A DNA stretch of 64,000 bases. Source: Raillietiella orientalis (Eukaryota). Position numbers and translations under genes: made by a program. The DNA lies in NCBI GenBank assembly GCA_036172245.1, contig JAYWIR010000010.1, forward strand, positions 930,001 to 994,000. The letters are read 5' to 3'. Below are positions 1 through 12,539 of this stretch, one piece after another. The notes beneath the pieces are model-generated. The model saw nothing but the letters and a program-made list of their open reading frames with translations, searched no databases and had not been told where the DNA came from. The first letter of the stretch is position 1. Each line of letters opens with the position of its first letter.

Positions 1-184
1 GAAAGGAAGTAAATTCTTCTCGTTTGCGATTATACTGTCACCTGAGGAGAGTAAGAGATTGTTACACGGGCTAACATGACGGCTAACTATAAATTCAATT
101 CGCAAATGGCCGCGCGCTTCATACCTGGCCTCCATGGAGACGATTGTTTCGTTTCGTGGCGGGAGCTGCGCGTTGCCGCGGTGG

Positions 185-290
185 GGAAGAGAGAGAAAAA
201 AAGAAAAAACACGAAAAAAGCGAAAAAAAGAAAAGAAAAGAAAAAGAAAAAAGAAGGGGAAAAAAAGGAAAAAGAAAAGGAGAAAGAAAA
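185..290 (+). repeat. A-rich polypurine tract
   Basis: Near-continuous A/G run. Confidence 0.9.
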
Positions 291-459
291 GCTTGGGCTG
301 TGCCGAAAAAAGATCACTTTTGTTTCAGCCAGCACGTGATCCGCCGGCGACGCAGGGAGGCGCAGTTGATCCTCTTCTCTTTCCCGCTCTCTCCCTTTTT
401 TCCTCCTCTTTCGTGGGTGCCGTAACACCTGTTAAAAAACGAAAATAAGATGAGAAAAT

Positions 460-481
460 AGAGAGAGAGAGAGAGAGAGAA
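460..481. repeat. (GA)n microsatellite
   Basis: Directly visible. Confidence 0.95.
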
Positions 482-599
482 AGAGATCCGTTTGCAAATT
501 GCCCTTATAGAAATGGTGATGATGGTCATTACGACGGAGCGGATCGAACCTGAAAGAACGCCAGGAGAACCAGACAGCACGTTTCCATGGGCCCGTCGT

Positions 600-1340
600 C
601 ATTCCGGGACGCCGGTGGAGACGTCTGGAAAGGGGGGACATCGGGCACGGCACTCAAGACGTTCGAGGAGCGAGGCCTTCAGCCGCGCACCCGTTGAGGA
701 CAGGGGGGTCTGCGAAGAGGCCACTGAGTATCAGCTGCTGGCGGAAACAGCTTCAGGGACACGGTGAGGGCGGAGATCATTCCGCTGACCCACTCCCACA
801 GAACCCTCCGGGCCTCGAGCAGTAAGCCGGGCCACTCCGCGCTCCATGCCGGCTGTCCTTTCTTCCCGCGCAGGCGTCGCCTGCAAGACCCGTCGTAGAG
901 GAGGGGGCGCTCGACGCGAGGAGATGCTCGTCAGTGAGGGGACGTGGAGGCCTTGGGAACCTGGCTGAGAGAAAATGGGCAGCCGGGCGAGGCTCATCTT
1001 CCTCTGCGCGTTGCCTGCCCGGGCCAGACCTCGGTCACAGCAGCCTGGAAGGAAAGAGGCGAAGGATGACAGCAGCTGCTGCTGCTGCTCTTCCTCGCCT
1101 CCGGTTTCCATAGTGGCTGCTACACCCTCAGGGAACGGCCGGTGCTAAGGCAAGTCGAGTGCCCCTGAGAGCACGAAGAGGTTGGCAGCGCGCACTGGCA
1201 CCTCCCGGGACGTGCATCCCGGGCCACCAGGAAGGGCAGTCCTTCCGATGGGACGGCTGAATTGGTCGAGGACGTGCGTTCTGCCCGCAGGAGATCCAAG
1301 AAAGATGCCGCGGGTTCCTTCCGCCCTGCATCATGCTCGA
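600..1340 (-). pseudogene. L1/Tx1-like LINE remnant (post-RT region)
   Basis: Minus-strand peptides RAANLFVLS..., FASFLPG and KMSLARL..GLHVPSL resemble the Tx1 post-RT LINxLxLSK / FLW / GGLxVP motifs. Stops and frameshifts present. Confidence 0.45.
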
Positions 1341-2039
1341 AAGACAACCGTGTGAGGTTCACCTCAGCAGCAGAGGGGGACGGGAGAAAACAAAAACAAG
1401 AAAGAGTAAATAAAAATAAATGCAAATCTTTGGGAGGGTCGGGAAGGGATGTTGGGGGGAGTCTGCACCCTTTCTAGGATGCCGGCTAGATCCATCTGCA
1501 TAGGTCCCAGGTGGAGCCATCTGGCTGCCACCCGCAGAAGGCGGAGTGCATGCTCGATGGCGTCCCTTTCTTGTGGTCCCCTTCCAGCGTCGCTCCAGGC
1601 TGTCGCGATCGCGTGGATGCAGCAGAGCGCTGCTGAGGCTGCGGCTGGCCTCAGGGACCAGCAGAGGTCATGAAGAGGAACCGTGAAACGTCCCTGGGTG
1701 CCAATTGTGGTTCATAGGACCGCCTCAAAACGCTTCCCCATAGTGGCTGGAGGGCAGCAAAGTCCATAAGCAGGTGTGGGAAGGTTTCCCGTTCCGCCCC
1801 ACACCTGCCACAGTCCGGGTTCGTCCTCAGGTTTCGAGGGGAGGGCACTGCCGTTCTTGGGCACTGGGAGCCACTCCAGGTCTTCGTTAGGAATACGGAG
1901 CAGCGCGCTCCAGCGCTGTAGTCCTCACGGAGGGGCACTCGGGTCACAGAGTCCTCCAGCTGCCCCATGGTCCAGCCACTCATCAGCATCCGCCTGTCTA
2001 CGATGTCGAGGGAGAGTTCACACTTCGGCTGCAGTCATG

Positions 2040-2490
2040 GTTCCCTCCGAAGGGACCTCTCAGAAAGAATCCGCTTAATGTTTCCCCTCCGAAGAGAATC
2101 CCGAAGGGACGCTTCCCAATTTCTCAGAGGGGAGTTCCCCGTAAGAAGCAGCGCGCCTCTTGGACACTCTGGAGAGGCAATTCTCCCTAGGGAGAAGCAA
2201 CCAGCTCCACAGGAACTCGACGACCCCCTTTTCACGGCCGGAGGGGAACCTGGATGGACCCCGGAGGGTCAAAGGGAAATAGGGGCATCCAAGGGGTTTT
2301 CGTCTTCCACCAGTGCAGTACCCGAAAGCCCGTGGGTCAACCAGCGTCACCCTACTGGGGAACTCGAAACCCGCAATGCCCCCTCCACTGCTCGGCGTCG
2401 GTCCTTCCCCTGCGGGACTCGAACCTGCGAAGCGTAGTTCCGCGAGCGCGGAGGCTGCAGCCGCCGCAGCCTCACGGCTGACGACGCGGG
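2040..2490 (-). mobile_element. tRNA-derived SINE family A, copy 1 (inserted in a LINE remnant)
   Basis: B box GGTTCGAGTCC (reverse complement at 2415-2425). Core 2303-2344 matches 53853-53894 at 41/42 nt. Body homologous to the other three copies. Confidence 0.8.
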
Positions 2491-5400
2491 ACAGCATGGA
2501 GGCTGCTTGGTTCGTACTACTCACTGACGGATGGACCCGCAGCTGCCAAGAGCGGGGAGGATGCCCAAGGTTCCCAAGTCACACGGGAAACCGTGCCCGG
2601 AGCTGCTGAAGGCCGTGAAGGCTCTCCCACTTGGAGCATGCCCCGCCCGTCCTCGAGGCCCCGTCGCGAGAGGGCAGCCTCCAGTTTCCCTCTGTTTACG
2701 AGGAAGTGGAAAGAATGCTAGGGTCGAATTTTCGCCTCTGGACGGTCGCCCGTTCCTCTAGCTCTCGTCGGCGGCTTTCCTTCTGCTCCGGGCGCGAAGC
2801 TTCCCGCCCGCTTTCCGGTGCACCGGCGAATCCGAGTGCACTGGACCTGCTGCGCACGGGGAGCAGCGAAGGACGCTGGTCCTTGCCGGTCCTCCGGAGC
2901 TCGTTCAGGAAGGGCGCGCCGCTGTCCGACTCCAAGAGGGCGGGGCTCCCAGGCCAACGGGGGCGGTGGCGGTCAGGAGCGCACGTTCCCTGTCGGCACC
3001 ACCGGCATCTGAGAAGCCTCTAAAGCTGGGGACCGATCCCAGGAGGTAACGGCTTTGGTTCCCAGCGACCTTCAAGGTGTCCACGGGAGAGGAGGACCCT
3101 CCCGGGGGGGGGGGAAACGCGTCATCAGGAACGAACGGACGGAGCCGACCGAGCCTCACCGTCAGACGCCTCGCAGACTGCTCCTCGCGAAGGTCTCAGC
3201 ACGTGCGTCTTCTCCCCGCTGTCCCTGCTCCTCGAAGATCCGGCCACCAGATCGAGAAGAAGGTGAGCACACGGAAAGAGGGAAGGTGTCGATGGCCTGG
3301 GGAGGCGAGGCCGTTCGGGGGAATGAAGGGCGGAATCCGTGGGGACCAAGTTGCCATGCGAACGCTGCGACCCGGCAGGTGGAAGCACCGGCCCTCCTTC
3401 TCTTCCCGGAAGAAGCTCTCGTCGCCAGACCCGGGTCTCCTAGGCAACCCGGAACCAGCGTTTGTGGTCGTCACGACCAAGGGAACGGACGACCATTAGG
3501 AAGGGCTTCCTAATGGTCGTCCGTTGGGTCGTCCAAAGGGCTTGAGGGATTCCAGCATCCCTGACCGCTTGGGGATCGGAGCGATCTCTTCGTCGTTCGG
3601 CCCGTGATGCCACGCTTCGCTTCCTCTACCCGTTCCCGGGAGGACGGGAGCACAGCACCGACTGTGATCCCGGGCTATTCGATCTCGTGCTTTTCCGCCG
3701 CGTACGCCCTCCCGTCGACTTCCGCGATCCGAAGGGGAGGAGTTCTGTGATCCCGGCTACCCGCGCACCGTCGAGCTCGCAGGCGTGGAGTCCCATCTTT
3801 AGAAGGGGGGAAAGAAGAGGGGGGAGACCGCTCGGCCCTTCCGGCTTCCGAAGGAGCGCCTCCAGTGCTGCTCGCCCCTCTGCCCGGGAACAGGGAGGGG
3901 GAACGAAACGTCCTTGAGTCACGGGCGCACGGCGAAGAGGTCCCTCCGCTCCCCACTAGGGGGATCCGATCGAAGACGCACCTGCTGCTACAGGCAGCAA
4001 CGACACCCCAAGTGTGCATTCCTGTCGTCCGGACCAGGACCCCTGAGCTGCCAGCTGACCCCACCCTCGACGAAAGGTTGTTCCTCCGGTAGAGATGCTT
4101 CGGGCAAGGAGGACGGCAGTCACGCTGACCTCAAGCAGAGTCGTTGCCTCTTCCTTCGGAAAGTCTTCCCGGAACTTCCCGCTCTCTCAGCTGCGAGGGT
4201 TTCCCCCTTGTCCTGCCACGGTCGAACGTCCGGGCATAGGCGAGCCCCTGTGGGAGGATCTTCCTTGAGAAACCCTCCCCTCCGTTCCCTGGAGGCTGGT
4301 CAACCCGCGTCCGCCGCCCGTACCACGCAGGATGTCCCCGTGTTGACGCTTGTGGTGGCCATATTGAATTCCAGTAGCGGTGGTCCGGCCACGAGAGCGC
4401 GGTTCCCGCTGCTCCCTTCGAGCCTCCTGATGGACTCCCGCAGAGATGCCCGCGGATATCAGCAGCTCCTCTCGGCCTCGGAAGACTGGTTGGTCGAATG
4501 GGTCGTTATCCCGTTACCCCCACAGAAGCGCGCTTGGCGACCTCAGGGACGGACTTCTCCTTCTTTTACCCCTGGACGCTGTCCCCCGACGGCGAGTCTT
4601 CGAGTCGGTGGTGCGCACGCTGTCTCCTCCTCCTGGCTGCGCGTTGCGCGGAGTGGCTCTCCCTCCTGCCTCCTGAATGGTGCCTGACACTCCGTGCCGT
4701 GAGCCGCTGCTGCACCGGAGCGGAAGGGGAGGAGGAGGGAGAGCGGCGGCGAACCTGGGAATGGGGGAGGCGAGGCGCGGCGGGCCGAGGAGGAAGGGGC
4801 GTTGCCCTGCTTCGCCGCCGCGTGGCGCGAGAGGGTGCCCGCCGGTTCCTGCGCGGCCGAGCGAGGAGAGCGGCCGCGTGCCTCGTGGCTCGATCGTACA
4901 GCTCCTGGACTAAGGGAGTAGCGACCTCTGAACGAGGGCGGCGCCAGAAGCCGGCGCAGCTGCCTGGATCCCCACGAGCTGTAGCTGACCACGCGGCTTT
5001 TTGCCTCTCCGCGTCCCAGGGATGACCGAAAGACGAGATGCGCGCTCCCGAACGCCACCGCAGCCTATCACCTTGCTAACCCTGCCCTACAGAAGACTGA
5101 CGGCGGCGCATACTTCTTGGACGAGTTCCGACAGGTCGGTAGAGACCAGCGTCCTTCACTCTTCCCAATGCGGCTCGGTCCGGCAGCGCCTTCTTCAGCC
5201 CCTCGCCTGGCGCTTGCTCGCTCCGCCTCGACGTCTGAAGGCGCCGCGGGACTGCGAGTCTCCCCATTCTACCCCATCATCCCCACTGTCTGCTCGACCA
5301 TCGGTCCCCCTCGAAGCTTCGCTCTCACCTCACAGATCTACCCCCCGTCTCCGCTGTATGCAGCGTCCTCGGCACCACTCCGCCACCTCGCCGGCGTGAT

Positions 5401-6572
5401 GTTGCGGTGCTTCCCTCGCGGCTAAGCTGCGCTTCCGCTCCGGTGAGCGTGGGAAACGCGCGCGCGCCACATTCCGTGCGATTTCTGGGCGCATCTCAGC
5501 TCTTTCGCGGCTTTCGCTTCCCGAAATTTCTAGACGTTCCCGGAGGCGTTTCTTCCCCCCCCGGAATGGAATCCTTCCCTCCCCCCCGCTTTCAGGCACG
5601 GCCGCCGTCTCTCGGGTAATCAGGAGGGCAAGCGAGGGTCGGCTCGACCGGAGCCCGAGGGCCACGGTCAGCTCTCCCCGAGTCTCAAAATGGCGCGCTT
5701 GCGAGGGTGGTAATTGCGCGATGAAGAGCGCCTTCTCGATTGCAGCATCCGCAAAATGACGGGTTCGCTTTTTTTGGGGGGGGAGGGGGTAGCCGTCGTG
5801 ACTTTCGTTGCGGAGGAGCGGGGACAGACCGGAAGAAGCAGGGGGAGGAGGCGACCTCCTCGGCGGGCCGTGCGGAGGACGCGGAACGAGACCGGACCAC
5901 TTCAAGAGAGCTGACTCGGAAACCGTATAGCCAATCAGAGGCGAGGTCCCGGCGTCGGCGGAGGGAGATGCGGATGGGGCGGGAACGCCGGCGCGCCCAC
6001 GCTCGCGTTCGATTCCTGATGTCTTCGCTCGAGCACCGAAGGTGAGGATGGCCACCAGAGCGGCTCTCGCGCGGTCTCCGGGCAGCAGCCTCCCGAGACA
6101 CGTGCAAAGGCCTCCTCTTCGAGCGGGGCGTGAGCGCGAGGGTCCAAGGGGGGGGGGGGAGAAAGGTGAAACGATCTCCGAGGAGGAAGAGCATCCCGGT
6201 GGTGCGCACGAGCCTTCCGACAAGCCCGCAGCCGGATGGAGGTCGGCGTGCTCGCGTGACGAAGCGAGAGGGGAGAAGCATCCGGAAAGCCCTTGGATGG
6301 GGTTCGAGCGGGCCACCAGGCGCGAGGTGGAAAGGCAAGGAACGGCGAGAGGTGTGCCGAAGAAAGGGAAGCGACTCTCTGGGTATGCAGTTGGGGAGAT
6401 GCGCATCGCAAATCCGGGAGGTCGCGAAACTTCAGGGATGGATTCCCCTTCAGGGAAACTTCAGCTTGCGCACACGATCGAGGTCCTCTCGTTGCCAAAG
6501 AACTGTCCGCCCCCTTACGGGGGGGGAGACCGCGAGGCTCTCTGAACACGCCCACATCACCCGACGGTACGT

Positions 6573-6890
6573 GTAACTCTTCAATTAGAGGGGTGACCCC
6601 GGAGGGAGCAACATATGAATCCAGGAAGGACTCTGGAGGGAACCCTGGAAAGGGCCATTCCTAGTTTCCCCCTCCGAAGAGAACCACCTCCTACATTTCT
6701 CAGAAGAGCCGCTCCCCGAAGGGAGTAGCGCGCTTCTTGGACACCCTGGAAAGACAAACCCCCAACGGGGGGATCAATCAGCACCATGGGAACCAGCATC
6801 ACTCTGCGGGGAGAAGGACGCGTCCGCCCGTGGGATTCCAACCCGGGACGCGCGTGAGTCTTTGCAGCCGTACAGCCGCCGACGCGGGTC
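6573..6890 (-). mobile_element. tRNA-derived SINE family A, copy 2 (internally deleted)
   Basis: Shares the tail GTAACTCTTCAA(G)TTAGAGG...TATGAATCCAGGAAGG with the 53.5 kb copy. Degenerate B box at 6833-6843. Confidence 0.75.
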
Positions 6891-8585
6891 CAGAGATGAT
6901 TCACTTTGGTTGTCTTGGAGGTCGACCTCGTGGCCTCGCCGCTGTTGCTCAGACGAGATGTGGGGCCAAGCTGAATCGAGCGGACGGCGAGAGCAGACAT
7001 GGAAACCGATGCAGGGGAGAGAGGGCGACCCCCTCTCTTCCCTCCATCCCCCGTCTTTGGTTCCTCCCTTCGCGACAATCGCAGCGCTGGGCCAAACCGT
7101 GCGCGAGGTCACGCGGTGCCTTCAAGCCGGGAAGCGGACCTTCGCGGCGGACCCACCGTTGCGTGCTGGGAGTTCGTCTTGGCTCGCCCTCCTCCTCTAG
7201 CTCAAGTCGCGTCCGGGGTTCGTGAAACGACCTGGCAGACAACCTGGAAGGGTGTCCATGTGCAGCCGGCAGGCCGTTCCAAAGCTCAGCTCGGTCCCGC
7301 CGGCTGCCGTCGATGTCTGCGCCCGTTCCCTCGTTGCGGGTCGTCGTCGCTCGCCGCTGCTGGGTGGGGCAGCTGCGCGTCCCACTCGTCCCCTCGAGAT
7401 GAATTTGAGGAGGGTCGCCTTCCCTTCTTCCCGACTGCCTGTTCCACAAGAGGTTGCACACGGAGACCATCGTCAGGAAGATGCGCGCGTCGCCATTTCG
7501 ATTCCCGGGAAGTTGCTTCTACCATCGCAGTCTGAGCCGCGTGAGAACCACAGATGGAGTGGCCTCTCTGCGGCGAAGGCGCACTCTTCGTGCGTCCACT
7601 GCAGTTCCAGGAAATTTTTGGATCTTTTCTTCTTTTTTTTTTTTGGCCTATCCTTCCTCCTCCCCGTGAAGCCGTCCCACGGCACCGTGGATGCAGCGGG
7701 ATGCGGTTCTTCTGAGGACTCACCCCTCCGGAGTCCCGCCGAGCTGCTGAAGACGCGCGAACCACTCGTCGAGTCCTTCCGCGAACAGTAAAAGAGCGTT
7801 TTCCACGTGACGCCTGTTGCGGTCCTGATGAAAAATGGAAAACTCTCCATCTCCACGCTGGCAAATCGTCAATCCAGACGCCTGAGACGTGGCCCTGACA
7901 ACCGGTGAAATGCTGGAGATTCCTGCCAAAAAGCCTGTTTTCACCCATGCTGGAGCGAATGGTCATTCATCAAGCCGAAATTGTCCACGACCGCTTGAGG
8001 ACAATGAAATCGTCTGCTTTTGCGTGTTCCGGGGGGGGGGGGGAAGGAGGAGAAGATGAAAAATGGGATTCTTTGCGTTTCGCGGGACTACTCAGCTCGT
8101 AGACAGTCGAGAACGTTCTTTCTTATTCCTTAATTCGATCGACAGGCTGCAATTAGCTCATCTCGCTCGGAGGCCGCTTCGCGAATCCGGCGCTGGCCGG
8201 AGTCCGTGGCGAGGGAGTCACGCTCCTCGAAAGCACTAATTAGCCATCAAATCTGCGAATCCGATGTGCAGTTGGAGGGATGAGATATCCGGACCGCCGC
8301 ACCTCTTCTCGTTTGCGCCGTCTTTCGGGGAGCGCGGACGTCGCAACGCGGGAGGATTCCTGCGGCTCTTCGGCGCCCGGAGCGAAATCGAAGCCAGCGG
8401 GGAGACAAAATGGCTCCCCCCGAACAGAGCTCCGTCGACCGCCAGAGCAGCCTCCCTCGTCACATCGGCTATTCTTCCCTGAAGGAGGTCCGAGGAACTG
8501 CATTCTTGGCTGGAACAAAACAAGCGTGTGCGGCTACGATCAGAATCCTCTTTGTTGGGCGAAAGAGGCCTCCCGACATCCTGCG

Positions 8586-8749
8586 GCGCATGGGGTCAGC
8601 AGGCCGGGACGCGGCTGCGCCCACGAAGTGCTCCCTGAGGTCTCGGCGAACGCGTGCAGCGACTTCGAGGGACTCGCTGTCGGGACGCATTCCGGACCGC
8701 GTCGAGCGCGGATGCCCAACCCAATCCCCACTCGTCTTCGAGCGGTGTT
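8586..8749. repeat. Dispersed repeat family D, copy 1
   Basis: Matches 10126-10272: GCGCATGG..GTCAG..CGAAGTGCTCCCTGAGG..CTTCGAGGGAC.CGCTGTCGG..CTCGTCTTC..GCGGTGTT. Confidence 0.7.
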
Positions 8750-10125
8750 CGCTCTCAGATGGCGCTCCGGGATTCTCCGGAACGATCCATTTGGCGTTGC
8801 ATCCTCGCTACAAATCTGTGCGCCGCTACCGTAAATCTGTCTTCTGCGAAGCTTTCGGCTGGAGCGCCTGAAACTCTCTCCGCTCCCCGGCAGATCGTCT
8901 CTTCAGCAAGACGGGAAAAAAATATATGTTTCCAGAGTGGAAAGAAGCGCCCTCTCGCTTTCCTATAATTTTACGACCCGCCAGGGTCCAGACGGAATGG
9001 TAAGAAGAAGGTCCTTCCTGCCGGATTTCGCTGTCTGTCTTGCACGCTGATGGCAGAACGGCGCACGGCCCGCGCTTCCAAGGCCGCATGACCGTGGTGA
9101 CGTCCGTGAGCTCCCGTGACATCGGCCGCGAGGCAGGCGAAACGGTGGCGCGCCCAGGGGAAAGGAGGGTCTCCGCCACGACATGCATCTCCGGAATTTC
9201 TCTTTTCCTTCCCTGGATTCGCCTTCCGAGCCTGGTCGCCGCTTCGACCCCTACAAGAACGCCATCGTCCAAGCGGAGCCGACGCAGGCGCGCATCCACC
9301 GCGTCCTTCGAGCGAATTCCCGGAATCAAATCGTTCGTGTCGGGTCATCCGGGCCTTTCCTCCTCCCGCCCTCCTCCGCGCGCGCGATCGCCGTGCCGTC
9401 CGCCACTTCACGAAACTCCAATTTCGCTCTTGCGCCTCTCTCGCCTTAATGGATGATGAACAGACCTCGGCATGAATGGACTGCCATAAAGCATTTCGCG
9501 TACGCGTCATAAAAACACGCGCTGCGCGCTCGCGAGGAGCGGCGGAACGGTGCGCGCACGGAGCAGCGCGCGGAGGACTTTTCCGTGACCGCATAACGCT
9601 CGCGACGGGAGGCTCGCAAAGATCTTCGCAGAAACGCAAAGTGATTCATGTGACCTGAATGAAATGCGATCCCACCTTTTTTTTTTCCTTTTTCGAGAAA
9701 GAGAGAGAGAGAGAGAGAAATGGAAATAATGGAGAGGGACCTCCAGGAACAAAGTGGACTGAAACGCACGAAGCTCCCCATGCGCTGGTGACGGTCATTT
9801 CGGTTGCCGTGGGCCAAACACTTAAAGCGATCGCCATCGACGCGGGAAGCTGCACACACCGGTGCACAGTGCCTTTCGGAGGCAGGGAGTAAGAAATGGC
9901 CATGTGGGAAGCGGTCGTTGAAAACCCTCGTGGGCACAAAGACCAGAGGACCTCTCGGAGAGCGGATGGTTCTTAGCTGCCGAGGCCAAGGTGTCCGTCC
10001 ATTTGGAATGCGGAGGTTTCAGCACTGCAGCTGGGGGGCTTGCATCGAGTCCTTCAGGATGAAAACGGTCGAAGTGGATCCGTTGCGGATCAGAATGAGT
10101 AAAAACAACAACAACAACAAAAACA

Positions 10126-10272
10126 GCGCATGGGTCAGGAGGCTGGGTCAGGCTGCTGCCACCCCCAGCTTGAGCGCCTGCGAAGTGCTCCCTGAGGCCG
10201 CGGCGCTTGCAGCAGCTTCGAGGGACCCGCTGTCGGCCCAATGCCTCACCCTGCTCGTCTTCTGGCGGTGTT
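10126..10272. repeat. Dispersed repeat family D, copy 2
   Basis: Diverged direct copy of 8586-8749. Confidence 0.7.
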
Positions 10273-12539
10273 GGATCGCACATATCGCGAAGAGGTTGCG
10301 AGGAACCATCGCGAGACGCGCCTTCGAGGTGGTCCTTACGAACAGCTTGCGCAACGCGGTCTTGGCGTGCAAAGGCAGACCTATCATCAGCCTGAGTGAT
10401 GAGGGACTCGCGCTCTCCGTGTGTGGTAGAAGCGCGGCGCCCGCACCCGCCCAGACATCCGCGCGCTCCTGGTGCACGCTCGCATCACGAGATGACGCTC
10501 CTGGATGGCACCAGTCCTTTCCCCAACGCGCTGTTTTCGGACAGCCACGAGAAAGAGAGACAGAGCGCGTCTGCATCCTTCCCAATCGCGAGGTGTCCGG
10601 GTTTTCCGAGGTGTCACGAAAGCTCTCCACGCCGGCTATCCGAGTTCGCGGAAGCAGAGGGAGCTCCAAGTCAAATTGACTCTCGGAAAATGGTGCTTTT
10701 CTCTTTTGAGAAGGGTTCCAATCGCTTTGGATCCCTCCTCTCCCTCCCTCTCTCTCTCTCCCGGACGTATTCCGGTTAGTGCTTACGGGTGCGCGCGCCT
10801 TACCGTTGTTTCTGTTTCCTCATCGGCCGAAACCAACCCCCATTGCCTACTTGCGAGCGAAGAACTTTTTGCCGCGCTTATTGGTGGCAGAGGAAGGATT
10901 CGGCTCGCCCGCGATAATGGCTGCGGATGCATGCTAATCACCTGAGGTGACCACGGAGAATGGGACTGCCCCCCCCTTCTCTTTTCTTCTTTTTTTCTCT
11001 CCTGCAGTTGACGTCTCGCTTTGCATTGGCTGTGACAAATTGGTTCTACTTTGAGTGATGTCACCTTTCAATTTCCTAGACAACCGACCTATCACCGGGG
11101 CTCCACGATCCCAAATGCAGGCCCGCCTCTACGCACCGAAGAATCGGACGAGTGAAATCACCTTGGAGACGATTCTTCTTTCGTGTGTGCGCGTGTGCTT
11201 TTTTTTTTCTTCTTCTTTCCCAGCAGGATGTTCTTGCCTTGCTGATTTTTGAAGTCGCTGTCCAAGGATGCTGCGCAAGAGTCACGAGCCCCTCACCCTC
11301 TGTTTGCTGGTACAGGCCGCTCCTCTTGCTAGCTGCAGGCTGCTCAACAGGGGAATTCCGGCTTGGATGCCGCTCTCGCACGCTATCGCAGGACCTCCGC
11401 GCACTCTCCGGAGCGTCCTAGTCGCACCTGACTCTTTCACCTTGCGTGCTGTTGCGGACTGCCGCCTCCATTCCTGAAGGACTCCTCTTCTTGCATTCTT
11501 CCTCGCCGGGGCGCTCCCGTTCCGTCGGATACCTGGGAACGCTGGAAGTCCGATTGCACCAAGCTGCAGCTCTGCCCTCCCCTCCGGGAGGGTGGATTTC
11601 GGGAATTGAGCTGCCTCGGGTCGTCGGACTGTGACGTCGCTGGCTGGATGCGCGGCGCCGCCATAGGAGACGAGACGACGTTGCCAGCAACCACCGACGT
11701 GGGTTCGGTCGTTCCTCCACCGGCAAAGAGAAACGATAGGCACCCGCGAGCTGGACCAGGACAGCAAGCAAGGGTGCACTCCTCAGGAACGCGGCTTTGT
11801 CCTACGGCTGTCAGAGTACCTCCTTCCCCCTTCCGCCCCCGCTCAAGGTGGTGGTGTCTCATCAAGCACATGCGAGCGTACCTGCGCAGCCGCGCCATAC
11901 GCGAGGTTGCTTCTCGCCTGCGATGGCGCTCGCTTGCCGTGCGGAGAGAGCCCTCGCTCGTTTGGGGCCCTGAGGCTCTTTCGTATCTCGCACGCGAGGA
12001 CTGCCTGGCAACCCGAGATGAAGGACCACGGCGATAGAACGCGGCGCATCGAACCGGAGCACCAGGTGCGCTGCTTCGAGCCCGTGGGCGTAGAACACCT
12101 CCAGGACCAAATGGGTCAGTGACCCGCAGCACCGGAAGCGACGGCCGGCATGCGTAGCACGCGGGCAAGGTAAAGGGGTCTTCCGCAAGATGGTGGCAGC
12201 GGCGCGATCACTTTGCGAGGCACGGGAGCCACCTCCCCGGGAGAATCTCGGAGCCGAAGTGGTGCCGCGGTGAAAACTTTGAAGTTCCGGAGGCGGAAAG
12301 CGGACGGTGGCGAACGGACAGTTCGCGATGGCGCGGCGTGCTTGGAGACCGCCCGCCAACTCCACAACGCGGGAAGACGACGGCGGGACTCGTGGCGCGC
12401 GTGGTTGCTCGCATCCCGATTCGGAGAACCCGCCTCCCGGTTTCGGTTCGGAGAGTAAAAAGAAACCGAATGAGGATTCTGTGTTGATCACTCCAGCCGG
12501 GTCGCTGCCATCCCCTGAGGGACGACCCCGCGGAAGGCG

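Larger units (their letters stand above)
1390..8010 (-). pseudogene. Heavily decayed L1/Tx1-like LINE ORF2 (APE-RT-zf-RVT) interrupted by SINEs and other insertions
   Basis: In correct order on the minus strand: APE end QHFTGCQGHVSGVWIDD (7866-7915), AGPPLLEFN (~4360-4390; cf. PGPDGxxxEFY), GQGCWNPSSPL (3535-3569; cf. RQGCPLSP), LPG.., FHFLVNRGK and the zinc finger CGRCGAERETFPHLL (~1765-1820), then a T-rich 3' UTR at ~1390-1425. May be more than one element. Confidence 0.6.

Noticed and set aside
76..448. Lys-rich ORFs
   Set aside because: Translations of an A-rich tract.
11900..12200. Possible LINE ORF1 N-terminus (RSIAVVLHLG)
   Set aside because: Similarity too slight to call.
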